Assembly (NCBI GenBank): GCA_002269645.1
Contig: NIVC01001246.1
Location: forward strand, 1-64,000
Direction of reading: 5' to 3'
DNA: 64,000 nucleotides
Source: Macrostomum lignano
Taxonomy: Eukaryota
This document shows positions 50,638 to 63,573 of this stretch, in pieces. The position numbers were made by a program, and so were the translations under genes. Under the pieces are notes generated by a model, which saw only the letters and a program-made list of their open reading frames with translations, did not search any database and had not been told where the DNA came from. Each line of letters begins with the position of its first letter. Positions within the stretch are counted from its first letter, which is position 1.

Positions 50638-52700
50638 TATTGTCATAGACTATGTCTGTGTGACAAGCAAACTCAGACTGCAAGCACGCAATCTCAGCCA
50701 AATCATGGTTGCAACAATGTAATATTCCTGCACGAAATTCCTGCACAATGTAATATTTGCGTGTAGGAAAATCATTGTCTTTTGACCATAGACAAAGTCA
50801 TTCCTGCACGGTTTTCGAGAAACGTTAAGAAGAGATGAAAATTGAGTGGAGAGTTTATAGAAAAGTGTATAAAGCTTATTGACTATGGCGTCTGTAATCG
50901 ACTCGGCTCTGAATCCTCCATTAATTGATTTTCGCTACGCTACGGTGTCTGGATTAAGTGGCGACGAAATGTTTATTGAAAGTGTGTCCAGCAACTTTGA
51001 GAGGACGGGCGACGATTTGACTGCACTGATAGCGGATTGCACGTTCAGCGAGGAATTAGAGAAACTTTTCAGCTCGGATCCGGAAACCTTGTGTAACCTT
51101 GACGAATTGGAAAGTCTGGCCGCTCAACTGGAACGCGACAACGAATGTCATTCGACTGTCTCTAAGGAGAAAGCTGTGATCAACCGCTTGACGGCCTGGT
51201 TGGCGGAGAATAATTTAAAAGTGGATTACGCGACTGCTTCGGTGGAAGAAATTTCCAAATGGGTCCGCTACTTCTATGCGACTCTGCGTAAGTCAGACGG
51301 CAGCTTCTATTCGCCGAATACAGTCGTAGGAATTCGAGCCGCACTGTTCAGGTACTTTATGAAATTACGTGGCCTCAATATCATCGCTCACGAGGCTTTT
51401 CATAGCGCGAATTTGATGGTGAAGAATGTTTGCAATGCGTATTTGAAGTCCGGTGGTCGAGTGCAGCATTACGAAGCCATTGAGTCGGACGACCTTGTCA
51501 AGCTTGCTTCTTACTTCGACAGAAGCACTCCAACACGTTTGCTAGAAGAGGTATATTTCAATGTGTTATTTTATTTCGGCAATCGCGGCAGAGAATGGCT
51601 ACGAGGTCTCACTGTTCGTTCATTCCGAGAGAAGGCCCTATCAAACGGAGCAATGGCGATCGAGTTGCAAGGCAGCACCTCAAAGAATGTAAAAGGCTCG
51701 AGTGACATGCGACTCTGCGACGACAATAAACAGGCCTTGATGGTGGCCAAGCCGGAGTCAAGGCACTGTCCAGTTCAGGCCTTCCAGCTTTATTTGTCGA
51801 AAATTACTGCCGTGCCGGGTTGGAATCAGGAGGACTTCTTTCTGCGTCCGAAACCACGAGTGAATGCGGATGGCATCTGGTACACCAAAGTACCAGTTGG
51901 AATCAACACTTTGGGGCCGTTGCTCAAGAAGATCTCTTCGAATGCTAACCTGTCCAAGCTGTACACTCTGCATTGTGTGCGACCTACAGTTGTTACGGAG
52001 CTGCATGAAGCTGGCTTTTCTGTCGAAAAAATTGCGAAGGTGACAGGTCACAAGGTGAGCAATTCTTTATTCTTAGTAAGTTTATTGACACATGGACAAG
52101 GAATTTATTAAACACCACCTCTATTCACAGAATAGCGCGTCGGTAGAACGATACATCCGGAGAGGCAAGAAGAGGGACTCGATCATGGCAGGGATGAGTG
52201 ATCAGCTGACAGTCGCTCTAGCTGGAACTATGCCGGCACCAAGTTCTACATTGAGCGAAGCTCCTGCAAGGGCTGTTACGACTACCGACCCGTGCGGATC
52301 AGCGTCAATGTCAACTGTCAAGAAGTCACTGGTTGTTGAAGAATCGACCACCACACTTGTAGCAGCCCCCACTAAGCGGATGAAGATTTTGGCAAACGGC
52401 GAAACGAATGTTGTGCAGTTTATTTTCGAGTAAATGCCGAGAGGGGTGTGAGTAGGTCTATAGACTCATTAACTGTTTCCCTAGTTCCACTTATTATCCT
52501 TTTTGTTCTTCCATATTGTTATTGATTACATATTCAGTTGCTTCTAAAAATAAACTGTTAAATCGTGCAGGAATGACTTCATTCCTGCACGATAAGCTAA
52601 CGTATGTCAAGTGATTTCTACCATAGACACAGACATTCCTGCACGATAATAAATCGAAAAAATCATTCCTGCACGCTGTGGTCAAACGACAATGACAATA
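50638..52700 (+). mobile_element. Crypton-type tyrosine-recombinase DNA transposon with complex terminal repeats
   Basis: The YR gene is flanked by 25-bp direct repeats (50786-50810, 52621-52645), multiple TTCCTGCAC motifs, and outer inverted TATTGTCAT/ATGACAATA. The exact termini are inferred. Confidence 0.8.
50885..52433 (+). CDS. Crypton (CryptonA/DUF3504-like) tyrosine recombinase, 490 aa; exons 50885-52054 and 52131-52433
   Basis: Core-binding region (FYATLRKSDGSFYSPNTVVGIRAALFRY) and catalytic set R (GNRGRE), K (TSKN), HxxR (LHCVR), GH (TGHK). A 76-nt phase-0 GT-AG intron brings in the nucleophile Tyr (K|NSASVERY). Confidence 0.92.
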
Positions 52701-52932
52701 TACAGCATATTTGACATTTCTTAACTCAACTTGCGCGCCCTACTTTTCTGCCTCCACACGGAAATTGCCCCTATTAACATGCTGAGAGACAACCACAATC
52801 ATGGTTATTCCTATCAGATATCTATCATAACATGAGACTGCCCAATCGAAGGCTAACCTGCTCCGAGCTTGATTGAGCAGCAAATCTCTCAACTTACAGC
52901 GGAGTAAAGCAGATTTGTACACTTTGAACAAA

Positions 52933-53317
<385 letters not shown>

Positions 53318-53641
53318 AAATTTTTTACGGAATTCACTGTCTGCAATTGCGTGTGACTATACTGGCTCTGTACTTGAGTCGCAGCTCAGTTACAGTACTG
53401 CAGTTCAAAGTTAGAGGGACATTAAAACGTATAATATATGTACAGCACTAGAGTGGTCCCAGAGTGTACAACACAAAGCGAAAACTCTTAGCTTGTATAC
53501 ACATACTACCTCAAACACAATGCTCCTGTCTGTCTCTCCTTGCTTTCTTCTGTCTCATCGCGATAAAATGGTAAAAAAGAATCTCATTAAGAATTTAGTG
53601 CAGTTGGATCTTCCAGCATTCAAAGCGGCACACTGAGTAGA

Positions 53642-55075
53642 ATGAGTTCCAGCTGTGCAAATCATGGATCAGAACTTGACAGTATCGAAATATTAACCAT
53701 TCAGCTTGAAAAGGTTTTTGATGGCGACATACCAGTAGTTCAGGCAGAAACTGACATCGGCACCTTGTGAGTTTCATTTCTTAAATTAGCTAGTATAGGT
53801 TGTCGGCCTAATTACTGCTGTCAATATGAACTTTTTACTTTTCCAGGCTCACCGGCTGCGCTTCCTCATCTGAGCCATCGGATTCTGAGTAAGTTTTTTG
53901 CACGAGTCCACCTTATCTGTAGCTTCTTTTGAAGCTGAATTTGTGCAACTAATTTAACTTTTAAAATTATTATTCTCTACTAATGTTGTTGCCTCATTTT
54001 TAGTCGATCTTCAGACGGACAAATCGATATTTCAATTCCATCAATGAAAGAAGTGGCCAACGAAACAGTTGGATCAACAGAATACGAATGCCTGTCACAC
54101 ATTCGACAAGAGCGAGACGGATTGAAGGCTCAATGCCTAGAAATGGAGCAGTGCATCAATCGAATGCAAGATGAATTGAGGGAACTTGAGGAAGTGAAGC
54201 ACATCAACGGCTTACTGAAATCCCAGTTGGAGAACAAGGCTTGGAAAGTGACCAACCTGCAGGCTTCAAAGCAAAGCTTAGAAAAACAGTTGAAACAGTC
54301 GTCTCAGGAAAATCAGCTACTGAAGTCGCAGCTGGCTGACTTGTCAGTCCAATGTGATGAGAGCAGAAAAAATGCTGAGCAAGCTCAAGCTATGGCCGAG
54401 CAATCAAATGCTAAACTGGCAGATTTGCAGCAATTGTGCGATGCGTTGCAGGAGGCTCTGAACCACAACAAGACTCAACTGGAAGCCAAGGCAGCCTCTG
54501 AGCAGCAGCTGAGGCGAGACATCGAAGACCTCTGCAGGGAAAGAGAAACAGAAAAGAAGACTCTACTCGAAAGTACTGAAGCCGAAAAAAAGAGAACTAC
54601 GGACTTAGTTGCACGGCTAAATATGAAACAGGAGGCCCTGCTTCACAAGACTCAAGCTATGGAAGAGCAGGAAACTGCCAATCAGAGCTTACAGCAGACC
54701 GCACAGAAGCTCACAGAGAAAAATCAAATGCTCCAATCTCAGTTGAATGAGGCACGGTCGGTTTCTGCCGAAATGAAAAACAGGCTGATTGCGCTATTAA
54801 GGAATTTTGAAGCTCAAACTAAATCCCTAGATAATAGTGAAAAGACAATAATGTTGCTAGAAACCCAGCTTCAAGATAAGGACTCAGCTTTGGCAGAGCT
54901 GGAAACTGAGCGTCAAAAGCTTAAGAAAGACTTGACGGAGGAAAAACAATTTTCAAGTTGTATGCTATTTACATGTGTACTCGTACTTGCTAGCTCTTTA
55001 TTCGATGTATTCTATCGCAGTTTAGGAAGCTCCAGTCAAGAGACCACAATGGAGAAGAGAAATCGAGCAACTTAA
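53642..55075 (+). CDS. Coiled-coil gene, tandem copy 1; exons 53642-53766, 53847-53888, 54004-~55075 (3' region degenerate)
   Basis: MSSSCANHGSEL... first exon with phase-2 splices, and exon 3 is homologous to copy 2. Downstream homology to copy 2 (55150-55250) is out of frame. Confidence 0.7.
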
Positions 55076-56451
55076 TTCAAGCCAATGTTGACAGTATGGT
55101 TAAAAATTACTATGAGCTACAGACTGATCTGAATAAAGCTACACAGGACCTTGATCAAGGCTGCTCTTGAGCGACAACTGTATTATACAATCGCCCGTTC
55201 TGCATAAAAGACTCAACGAAACACTCAAGAACTTCTTGCAGTAAAGGTGCAACAAAGAAAACTTGTATTAAGATAAACTTTGTCATGAAACTATAGGCGC
55301 TTAAAATCCGTTAAAATCATGTACAGGTTCTTCCGGCTAGTTTATTCCGGATTCTTTTAAGATCGACCATTTCGATTTAAAATTCGAAGTTACAAGCGAA
55401 GCTGTCTATCTGCGGTTTTTTATGAGGCTTTTCATTAGTATTCACTCCAGAATCAGAGTCTGGAAAAGCATTAAAATCCATATACATATACGAGCGTACT
55501 TTTGTTAAGAAATAATCAGAGCGAAACGAAAAATGTCGAACAGATTTTAGATTCTTGAATGGCCAATATAAAGAGCCGCTATGATAAAGTTTTTAAGTGT
55601 TAATAAATTGATTTTTTATCATAATGAGGCAGGCTCGCTAGTTTTATAATACTTATGTATATTCTATTTTAAATCTACGCCAAAAAAGGCCTAACTACGT
55701 ATTTTTGTTTAAATGATGTATTTGTTTTAACGAATGATTTTATATTTAGGAAAATATTTTGTTTAAGTCGATAAAAGAAATTTGTTATTCACAGACCCGC
55801 GCACCCATCCTCCCCTAGTAAAACCTATAAATACAAGCGTTTTCGGGAAACTTTTTCTTTGCCCGCCGTTTCTCCGATTCGGTTAAGAAAGCAAATCGTG
55901 TTGGCTCAGTTACTTGGAAAGCATAAAGGAGAGAAAAGCTGTCAGAAGCCAGGAGAATAAAAAAGAAAAAAGCTGTGAGAAGCCAGTGAAAGGGGAAGTA
56001 AGCGGTCGGCTAGTTGGGCAACGCCGTTATCTCTCAGTATCGCCACCGTGTAGTTTGCAGTTGCTCACTTTGGAGCTTAGTTGCACTTTTTCTTAATAGT
56101 ATCGAGACTATATAGAGTCCGCGCTTGTTGTATTCATCTTTTGATTTACTCAATAGCAAAATAGATAGCCGCAGGATCTTCTGCTACAGCTGCTTTAAAC
56201 GAGTACATGTATATGCCAGTCAGTCAGTTTTTTCTCTAAAAATGATAACAATTTCTTCACGTTGAAAACTTTGCTTGACCTTTGCAAAGCGCATGAATTA
56301 TTCGAATTTTCAATCCCCTTAGCACTGAGCTATGTCAACTTAATGCGACTTGCATTGAATCCGAAAAATTTAAATTGTTCTAACACTCTAAATAGTCGAT
56401 GGCATAAAGCGGCACGTTTCATCTTTCCAATGAATCAAGTCGCGTGTATTT

Positions 56452-56953
56452 GAGTCATTTCTTTTTAAAATTGATGTGTGAAAAACCATCGCAATGTCAC
56501 AGACAGTCTTACAGTAAAAGTTGAAGTTCATAACAAGTACGAGTACATCTTCATGAGTGTGCAATCTAAAGTAGGCCAAAGACACGGAATACTTATACCT
56601 TAAAGCATCGGAAATAAGGTGCAGGGATCCATTCCCAATTTACATCAATTCATGGGTTAGATGCAGTGAGACGTTGTATACTGTCTACCGCTGGGATCAT
56701 TTGGAAGACAAGGTTCGGCGCATTATCTCCCATGATCTTTTAAGAAAATGCTACTCTAGTGTGATTGATGGAATGCTCAAGCGATGGGGAAAATGTGTGT
56801 TGCTACAAATAGAGACAATGTTGAGAAGGCTGCTTTGAAGGTTGATGATTATGATGAATGACTAGATCGTACAATTCGTTTCTTTGAGGACAGAACAGAA
56901 CACTTGTGGCATGGCGATGGTTTTTCACACATAAATTTTGCATAAAATCACTG
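56452..56953 (+). mobile_element. Degenerate Tc1 remnant with ~40-bp inverted ends
   Basis: ATGTGTGAAAAACCATCGC inverted pair, right end CACTG. Interior WDHLEDKVRRI...SVIDGMLKRWGKCV resembles the Tc1 C-terminus. Confidence 0.55.
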
Positions 56954-58971
56954 GAATGGGCGTTCCTTGCGGTTTGGGCTACTGGTTTTCTATTCGCTAA
57001 GGATTTTTAGTGGATTTTACTTGCTATTGTTTGAGGTTTGGTAGGTTTGCTGCCACCAGGCTTCCTGCTTCCCTATTCCTATTAATTTAGTGATAAGGAG
57101 TGACACAGGAAAACCAAATATTTAACAAAACTTTATTACTTCAAAAAAGGAGAAAATCAGCATGCAATGGTTATTGTTACTCTACTTGTGCGAAAAGCTA
57201 GGCATTGCCTACCTTGTAGTGCACTGTCTTTGGCATCGACTACCTCCAACAGTTTTACGTATTTCCCAATATTTTCCCCGCCTCTTACCTATTCCTAATT
57301 TCTGAGACTTCCCGCGGCACGCGTCTGCTTTTCCACGCATTCATTCATTCATTAATAAGTACTGGGCAAACGAAGGCCCTGCGCCTCAGCCCTGGGGGGG
57401 GGGCTCTTACGCAATTGATGTATTTTTTTGTTCTTGTTGGTACGATATATAGTATATATAGTCTGCTTTTCCACGCCCTAACTAACTAACTAAATAAGTG
57501 ATTCCGGCGCCTCAGCCATTGAGCAGGCTCTTACGCCACTAGAAAAATATTAGTTCCAGGTTGGGAGTGTACTAATGTACACAAAAATTCTAATTAGAGT
57601 GAGAGGACTGTAAATTGGGCAAGTAACAAATCACAAATCAAAACCTCCCCGGGGGACAGCGACAGCGGTTCGACGAACCAGTCAGGAAGCCCGTGCCCAA
57701 AAATCCAGATTAGTTAGACCCCTTGCCTATTAGGGTTGGCCCGAAGGCCGAGAGCCGTGGCATCCAGGCTGGGGCCGACCGCCCACCACCCCCGGGTACA
57801 AATCAAAAACCTCCCCGAGGCCAGAGGGGGTTGAGTGAACCATTCAGGGAAGCCCGTGCCTTCTCCAGGGTTAGTAAAGCCAAAAAACCCGGTCGTATGA
57901 CCGCCCCCACGGCCGTGGCAACCCCGAGGAGCCTCCCCCCAACTAAACCCCGGGTACTCTTGCCAGACAGTCTCTTATCTTTGAAGCGGCAGGAGGGCTA
58001 ATCGCCGGGACTATTTCACCCTTTGCTTCGCCAACCCGCCATTTCTATTGTGACCGTGCCAACGGTCTCGTCCTGCTCAGACTCAGTCCTGGTTCTGGCA
58101 CACTCCAGCTTTAATAGAGTCGCTGGCTGTTCCCTCAGAGGGCACTTGAGGGAGACCGTCAAAGCACCAACTGGAACAGGTATAGGCCTGCCTTCCTATA
58201 CAGCTACCCGCAGCCCTTCCCGATCCACTATTACCCTCCAACCCAGCCTAGCTACTCACTCATTACAAGCTTTCAGCCAGGCAGAGACAAGTTTCACAGG
58301 GTACTGCGGTTAGGCGCCTCTATGCGAGACAAAACCACGGCCAAAGACAGCCACTAGTAGTAGTAGTAGTAGTGGTTTGCTTAAATTGAGTTCTTTAACC
58401 AGAGACGACATTTCCAAACAATCATTGACCCTCTGTTTTGAACTCTTTATCGATAGATAGGACAGAAAGGGCAATTTGTAAGCATTAGCTAAGGATTTAG
58501 TTTCTAAAAAAACAGATTATAGAGATTTTAGTATATTGTGAATAAAAATATGCCATTTGATAAGAAAGTAAATTTATTCAAATTAAATTTAAATTTATTC
58601 TGTGGATTCCATAATGCAATGTTTTAATATGGAATGCACGGTCTGAAATTGCGTCTGATTAAATACGTGTGTATCTGTACTCGAGACTCAGTGCAGAGCA
58701 GTACTGCATTTACGCTATAACGTAGAGAGAAATTAACAAGACGGTATATATGTACAGTGCATACACTAAGAGTGGATCCAGAGTAAACAACACAAAGAGA
58801 AAACTCATATACACGAACTACCTCAAATCAAGTGTGCCCCTGTCTATCTATCTCTCCCTCGAACTCTCCTTGCCTTCTTCTGTCTCATCGCCATCGTGAA
58901 AAAACTGTAAAAAGAGTTGCATTAAAATTTTGTGCAGTGGTTCTTTGATTCAAAGCCACACATTGAGTAGA

Positions 58972-60559
58972 ATGAGTTCCAGCTGTGCCAATTATGAATC
59001 AGAATTATTGGACAGGATTGAATCATTAACCATTCAGCTCGTGAAACTTTTTGATGGCGAGACAGCACCGGCAGAACCTGGCATCGGCACCTTGTGAGTT
59101 TTTCTGGTTCTACTAGTTACAGGTAAAGTTTGCGTCTTTTTTATGTAAAAGAAGTGTTTTGCAATTAATTCTGTTAATATGTACTACTTAAAATTATTGC
59201 CATCGGATTCTGAGTAAGTGTGCAGGGCGGAGACAATAGAATATTGGTCTGTTTTAGTCCGTTTCCAGCAAAAAATTTCGCCGAAGAAACGTCCCAATTA
59301 TATCCCCAGGGTTTTGCATTAGTCTACCTGGTTTGTAGCCTATTCTGCAGCTGAATTAGCGCAACTATTTTACTCGTAAAGTGATTGTTTTTTAACAACG
59401 TCGACTCATTCTCAGGCGATCTGAGGAGGAACCAATCGACATTTCAATTCCATCCACAGAAGAAGTGGCCACCGAGACAGTTGGATCAACAGAACACGAA
59501 TGCTTGTCACACATTCGACAAGAGCGAGACGGATTGAAGGCTCAATGCTTAGAAATGGAGCAGTGCAATAATCTATTGCAAGATGAATTGAGGGAACTTG
59601 AAAAAGTGAAGCACATCAACGGCTCACTGGAATCCCAGTTGGAGAGCAAAGTTTGGCAAGTGACCAACCTGCAGGCTTCAAAGCAAAACGTGGAAAAAGC
59701 GCTGAACCAATTGACTCAGGAAAATCAGCTACTGAAGTCGCAGCTGGCTGACTTGTCGGCCCAATGTGATGAGAGCAGAAGAAATGCTGAGGAAGCTCAA
59801 GCCGTGGCCGACCAATCTAATATTAAACTGGCACGTTGGCAGCAGTTGTGCGATGAACTGCAAGAGGCACTGAATCGCAGCAAGACTCAACTGGAAGCCA
59901 AGGCAGCCTCTGAGCAGCAGCTGAGGCGATCCATCGAAGACCTCAGTAGGGAAAAAGAAGGAGAAAAGACGACTCTACTCAAAAATAATGAAGCCGAAAA
60001 AAAGAGGAATACGGACTTAGTTGCGCGGCTCAAGGTGCAAGAGGAGGCTCTGCGTCAATTTCGTCAGGCCAAGACGTCGTTAGAGTCAGAATTGGGTCGT
60101 ATGACTCAATCTATTGAAGAACTGGAAACTGCCAAACGGAGTTTACAGCAGACCACACAGAAGCTGAGAAAGGAAAATCAAATGCTCCAATCTCAGTTGC
60201 AGATGCTCAATAATTCGAAAAAAGTTTCTGAGCAGAAATTCGAAAAGTTGAGTAAAGACCTTGTTCAAAAGACTACTCTGGAGCGACAACTGAATCATAC
60301 AATCGCCGCTCTGCATGAAAGACTCAACCGCCATGCTGAAGAGTCGGACAACAGGCTGAAGGAAGCGAAGCGAATTCAGAATGAGCTGTACGGAAAAGTT
60401 TGCGAACATCAGAATCTTAGACAGAAATGCGAGAAGGAACTTGTTGCATTGAAGGTGCAACTGGAACGCAATAAACGTCAGTTGCATATGGCGCAGAATC
60501 GGATGCGACAAGCAGCTGCGTTGCTTTTGGATACAACTGATTCTGGACCTTCTGCTTAG
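58972..60559 (+). CDS. Coiled-coil gene, tandem copy 2, 421 aa; exons 58972-59093 and 59416-60559
   Basis: Intact 1266-nt spliced ORF from ATG to TAG, paralogous to copies 1 and 3. Confidence 0.82.
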
Positions 60560-60670
60560 ATTTTTAAGCGGGAAAACTTCGAAAACCATGATGTCATGAA
60601 ACATTATAGTGAATCGCTGGCTGAGAGCTCAGCGACGCATTCTAGAGAATAGGACCTGAAACTGTTTCAG

Positions 60671-60868
60671 GTGCAGGATAATCTAGAACAGGCTGTCCAA
60701 CTCTTGCTGCTGTCAGATGAACGCTTTCAACAATCGCAAGAAGTGGCAGATGAATTCCATCATTGTTCGGATAACTTGAAAATAGAAATGGATGCACTGA
60801 AGCAGCAGCTGCTTGAAGTCAAACGACGACTTGGTGACGTCGTTGCGACGTTCAAATCGGTGCGTTAA
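60671..60868 (+). CDS. Candidate alternative terminal exon of copy 2
   Basis: TTTCAG acceptor and a coiled-coil ORF VQDNLEQAVQ...KSVR*. A phase-0 internal donor AAG|GTGCAA is available at 60454. Confidence 0.45.
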   Translation: MQDNLEQAVQLLLLSDERFQQSQEVADEFHHCSDNLKIEMDALKQQLLEVKRRLGDVVATFKSVR

Positions 60869-62131
60869 CGACTATATGATGAACTGAACTCTGAACTGAA
60901 CTAAACAGTTGCATACGTCCTGTTCCTAAAACCATTAAAATGGCACGACTCAACTCATTTGAAAAGTTTCTAACAGATTTTGTTTATTGAAGCGCCAATG
61001 TGAAAATCTCCTTATAACAGCTTCTACAATATTATCCACAAGCATGCCCCTTTCGTGGTCAATGACCGCGGTCGGGCACCGCCCATTTGTGCTCCGTTCC
61101 TTGCTCTGTCCACTCTGCTTGCCATGTGTACAACACAAGCTTAATTTCTACTCCTCCGTTGCTTGCCCCCCACCCGTCTTTCTGCCCCCGAGCGCACCCA
61201 GCCACCCTCAGTTCTGGATAAAAGGCCTTCTCTGGTTGTTCTGACTCGCCTTGTCTGTTTGCGCGTAGTCTTTTTATCCTCTGTGGTCTTTTGTCCTTAT
61301 TCGTATTTCTACGCTTTTTCCTTAACTCTGTTCATCGCTTTTTTACTGTTTTTAATCGTTTTTTACTCCCCCAAGTCCAGGGGGCTTCTTTTGATCGCTT
61401 GTGCGCTTCGTTCCCCTCATGTTGGTGTTCGTGTCTCTTCTTTTGTGCTCCGACCATGGCGTTGATAACTTCGCTATTGCAAAATGTTCCAAATCACAAG
61501 AATTTTTCTAAATGTTCATCCAATCTAGGACACTTAAAAATACATTTTCTAGATTTTCGGTCAGTTAAAAATATCAACCTACACTGAAAATGTTATTTCA
61601 CTCATTTTTGTCACTTTTCACTGTTAAATATTTCAAACAGTAGTTTTAAACAGCAGTAGAGGCTTTATTGAAAAAATACTGCTTAAATTTTGCTGATTTT
61701 TGTACACAACTATATCTATACAGGTATCGAAATTATTGAGGGCTTGTGAAATGACCTCCATAAATTAGAGCACTGTCAACTGCAGTGGCCCATAATAACC
61801 CAAAGAACTGAGGTCTTAGAATTAGAATAAAGCAGCTTCTTATAGCTAGACAAAGGGTAATGCAGCAGAAAGCCATCGGAACACTGTGTGCTACACAAAT
61901 TCACCCGACCCCCTCCAATTCCTCCAGTTCCCACGCGTGACCCATCTGATGATCAGACTTTTAGAAACAGATTACGGGCGTTAGGAGACTGGAAGCCAAT
62001 TAGACAGAGGAAGACATGACTCAATCACAATGGAGTTCGGAACGTGACCGACCTTTTTAGGACTATATTTTAGCTGAGGATTCTGCGCTAAAAAATCCTC
62101 AGACGTCCGATTTTTATTGAGGGGCGGGGCG

Positions 62132-62280
62132 GAGCATCGTCGTCAGCGAGTCATTGGTCCTGCTGAGGACAGTACGAGCTACCAGCATCGCCGTCAGCGA
62201 GTCATCGGTCCTGCTGAGGACAGTACCAGCATCGCCGTCAGCGAGTCATCGGTCCTGCTGAGGACAGTACCAGCATCGCG
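62132..62280. repeat. Three copies of a 44-51-bp unit
   Basis: AGCATCGCCGTCAGCGAGTCATCGGTCCTGCTGAGGACAGTACC variants. Confidence 0.9.
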
Positions 62281-62599
62281 GTCAGGGCATCAGACTTTGA
62301 AGCCTAATTTGCAATTTGCTTATTACTTGCGACTAGAGTCTGTGCTTTCCGTATTGACCTCTTTATTTACTTACTCAATGGCAGAAAAATTAACCGTAGT
62401 ATTTTTACTACCATTAAAGCTGCTTAAAGCCTGAGACGTTAGATCCTTTATTTATTTTACTTTCCTCAATTTATTCTTAATGACTTGCTAATCCTCTCCC
62501 TCGAATGACCAGAACGATCTTAACCCCTGGATATATGCATGTACGCATAGGACCCTTCTCGCATTTGAGCATTTGCAAACCAGAGTTCACCTTCCCTCA

Positions 62600-63185
62600 T
62601 ATACAACTTCTATTAGTGTAGCACCGTTTTGGCGTTGCAGACTCCAGATGAACGTCCAAGCAGAGTCCCATCTTCAGCTATAGGCCAGTCCGTGGTCGGC
62701 TCAAACAGCCCTGGTCATCAGTGTGGACCCAGCCTCGTTTTTAGTGGGAAATGTCAATGAGCCTCCTCAGAAAGGGGTGGTTGCAGACTCCGTGTTTTCT
62801 TACGGCGTCCCGCAAAGGCACCTTAGCAGCGTCATGCATCCCGCAAACCTAGATGTGTTAGAGCCTTGCCTTCACGCCATGTGGCGCCATAATTGCTTTC
62901 ATGTTCTTTCATCCGCTTTCGCGAACTCATAAGCAGATACCACTGAGTTGAGTCACTTAAGCTCATCTTGAAATTCAGGTGGCAATGTAGTTTTGCCGCC
63001 CTTTTTACCCAAGCTTTCCTCAATGACCGATAGAAAATCTGAGGTAAATCTGTCTCTCCGATAGTCGTTAGTAATCGAAATCCACTTTCGCGGATGTTTG
63101 GCCGTTTAGAATATCGATTTAGCATAGGTGGATGGGACGGTTGCCCAAGTGTAGCAACCTAATACAGTAGCCCCAGTCTTGAACA
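62600..63185 (-). mobile_element. Degenerate LINE ORF2 3' region
   Basis: RQIYLRFSIGH (LxxLRTGH-like) and CLCGTP..E knuckle remnants, plus DNA similarity to the 46.1-kb and 50.3-kb fragments. Confidence 0.5.
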
Positions 63186-63573
63186 GTCTGGAACTGCGTG
63201 TGATTCTACTGGCACTGTACTTGAGTATCAGCCCAGTGCAGTATTGCAGCTTTAAGGTAGAGAGACATTAAAAAGTACATTTAGCAAGATCCAAGAACAG
63301 CCACCCAAGATAGAGAATTTGCAAAGCGATTGACTTCAGCTCACTACACAGCAATACACTCAAAGGCGCACTGAGTCTCGGGTAGCGGTTTTGACTGTTG
63401 CCAAGGGTATGTACAATGCATACAATACAGTAGTCCCAGAGTGTACACCACACAGAGAAAACTCATACAAGAAATACTTTAAACCCAACGTTCCTGTGTC
63501 TCTTATGGATTTCTTCTGATCTCGTAGAAAACTTCTGTGCATTTCAAACTTTCTAAGCGGCACACCGAGCAGC

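Noticed and set aside
60950-61587. Several short ORFs in a pyrimidine-rich tract
   Set aside because: No consistent frame, domain or splice support.
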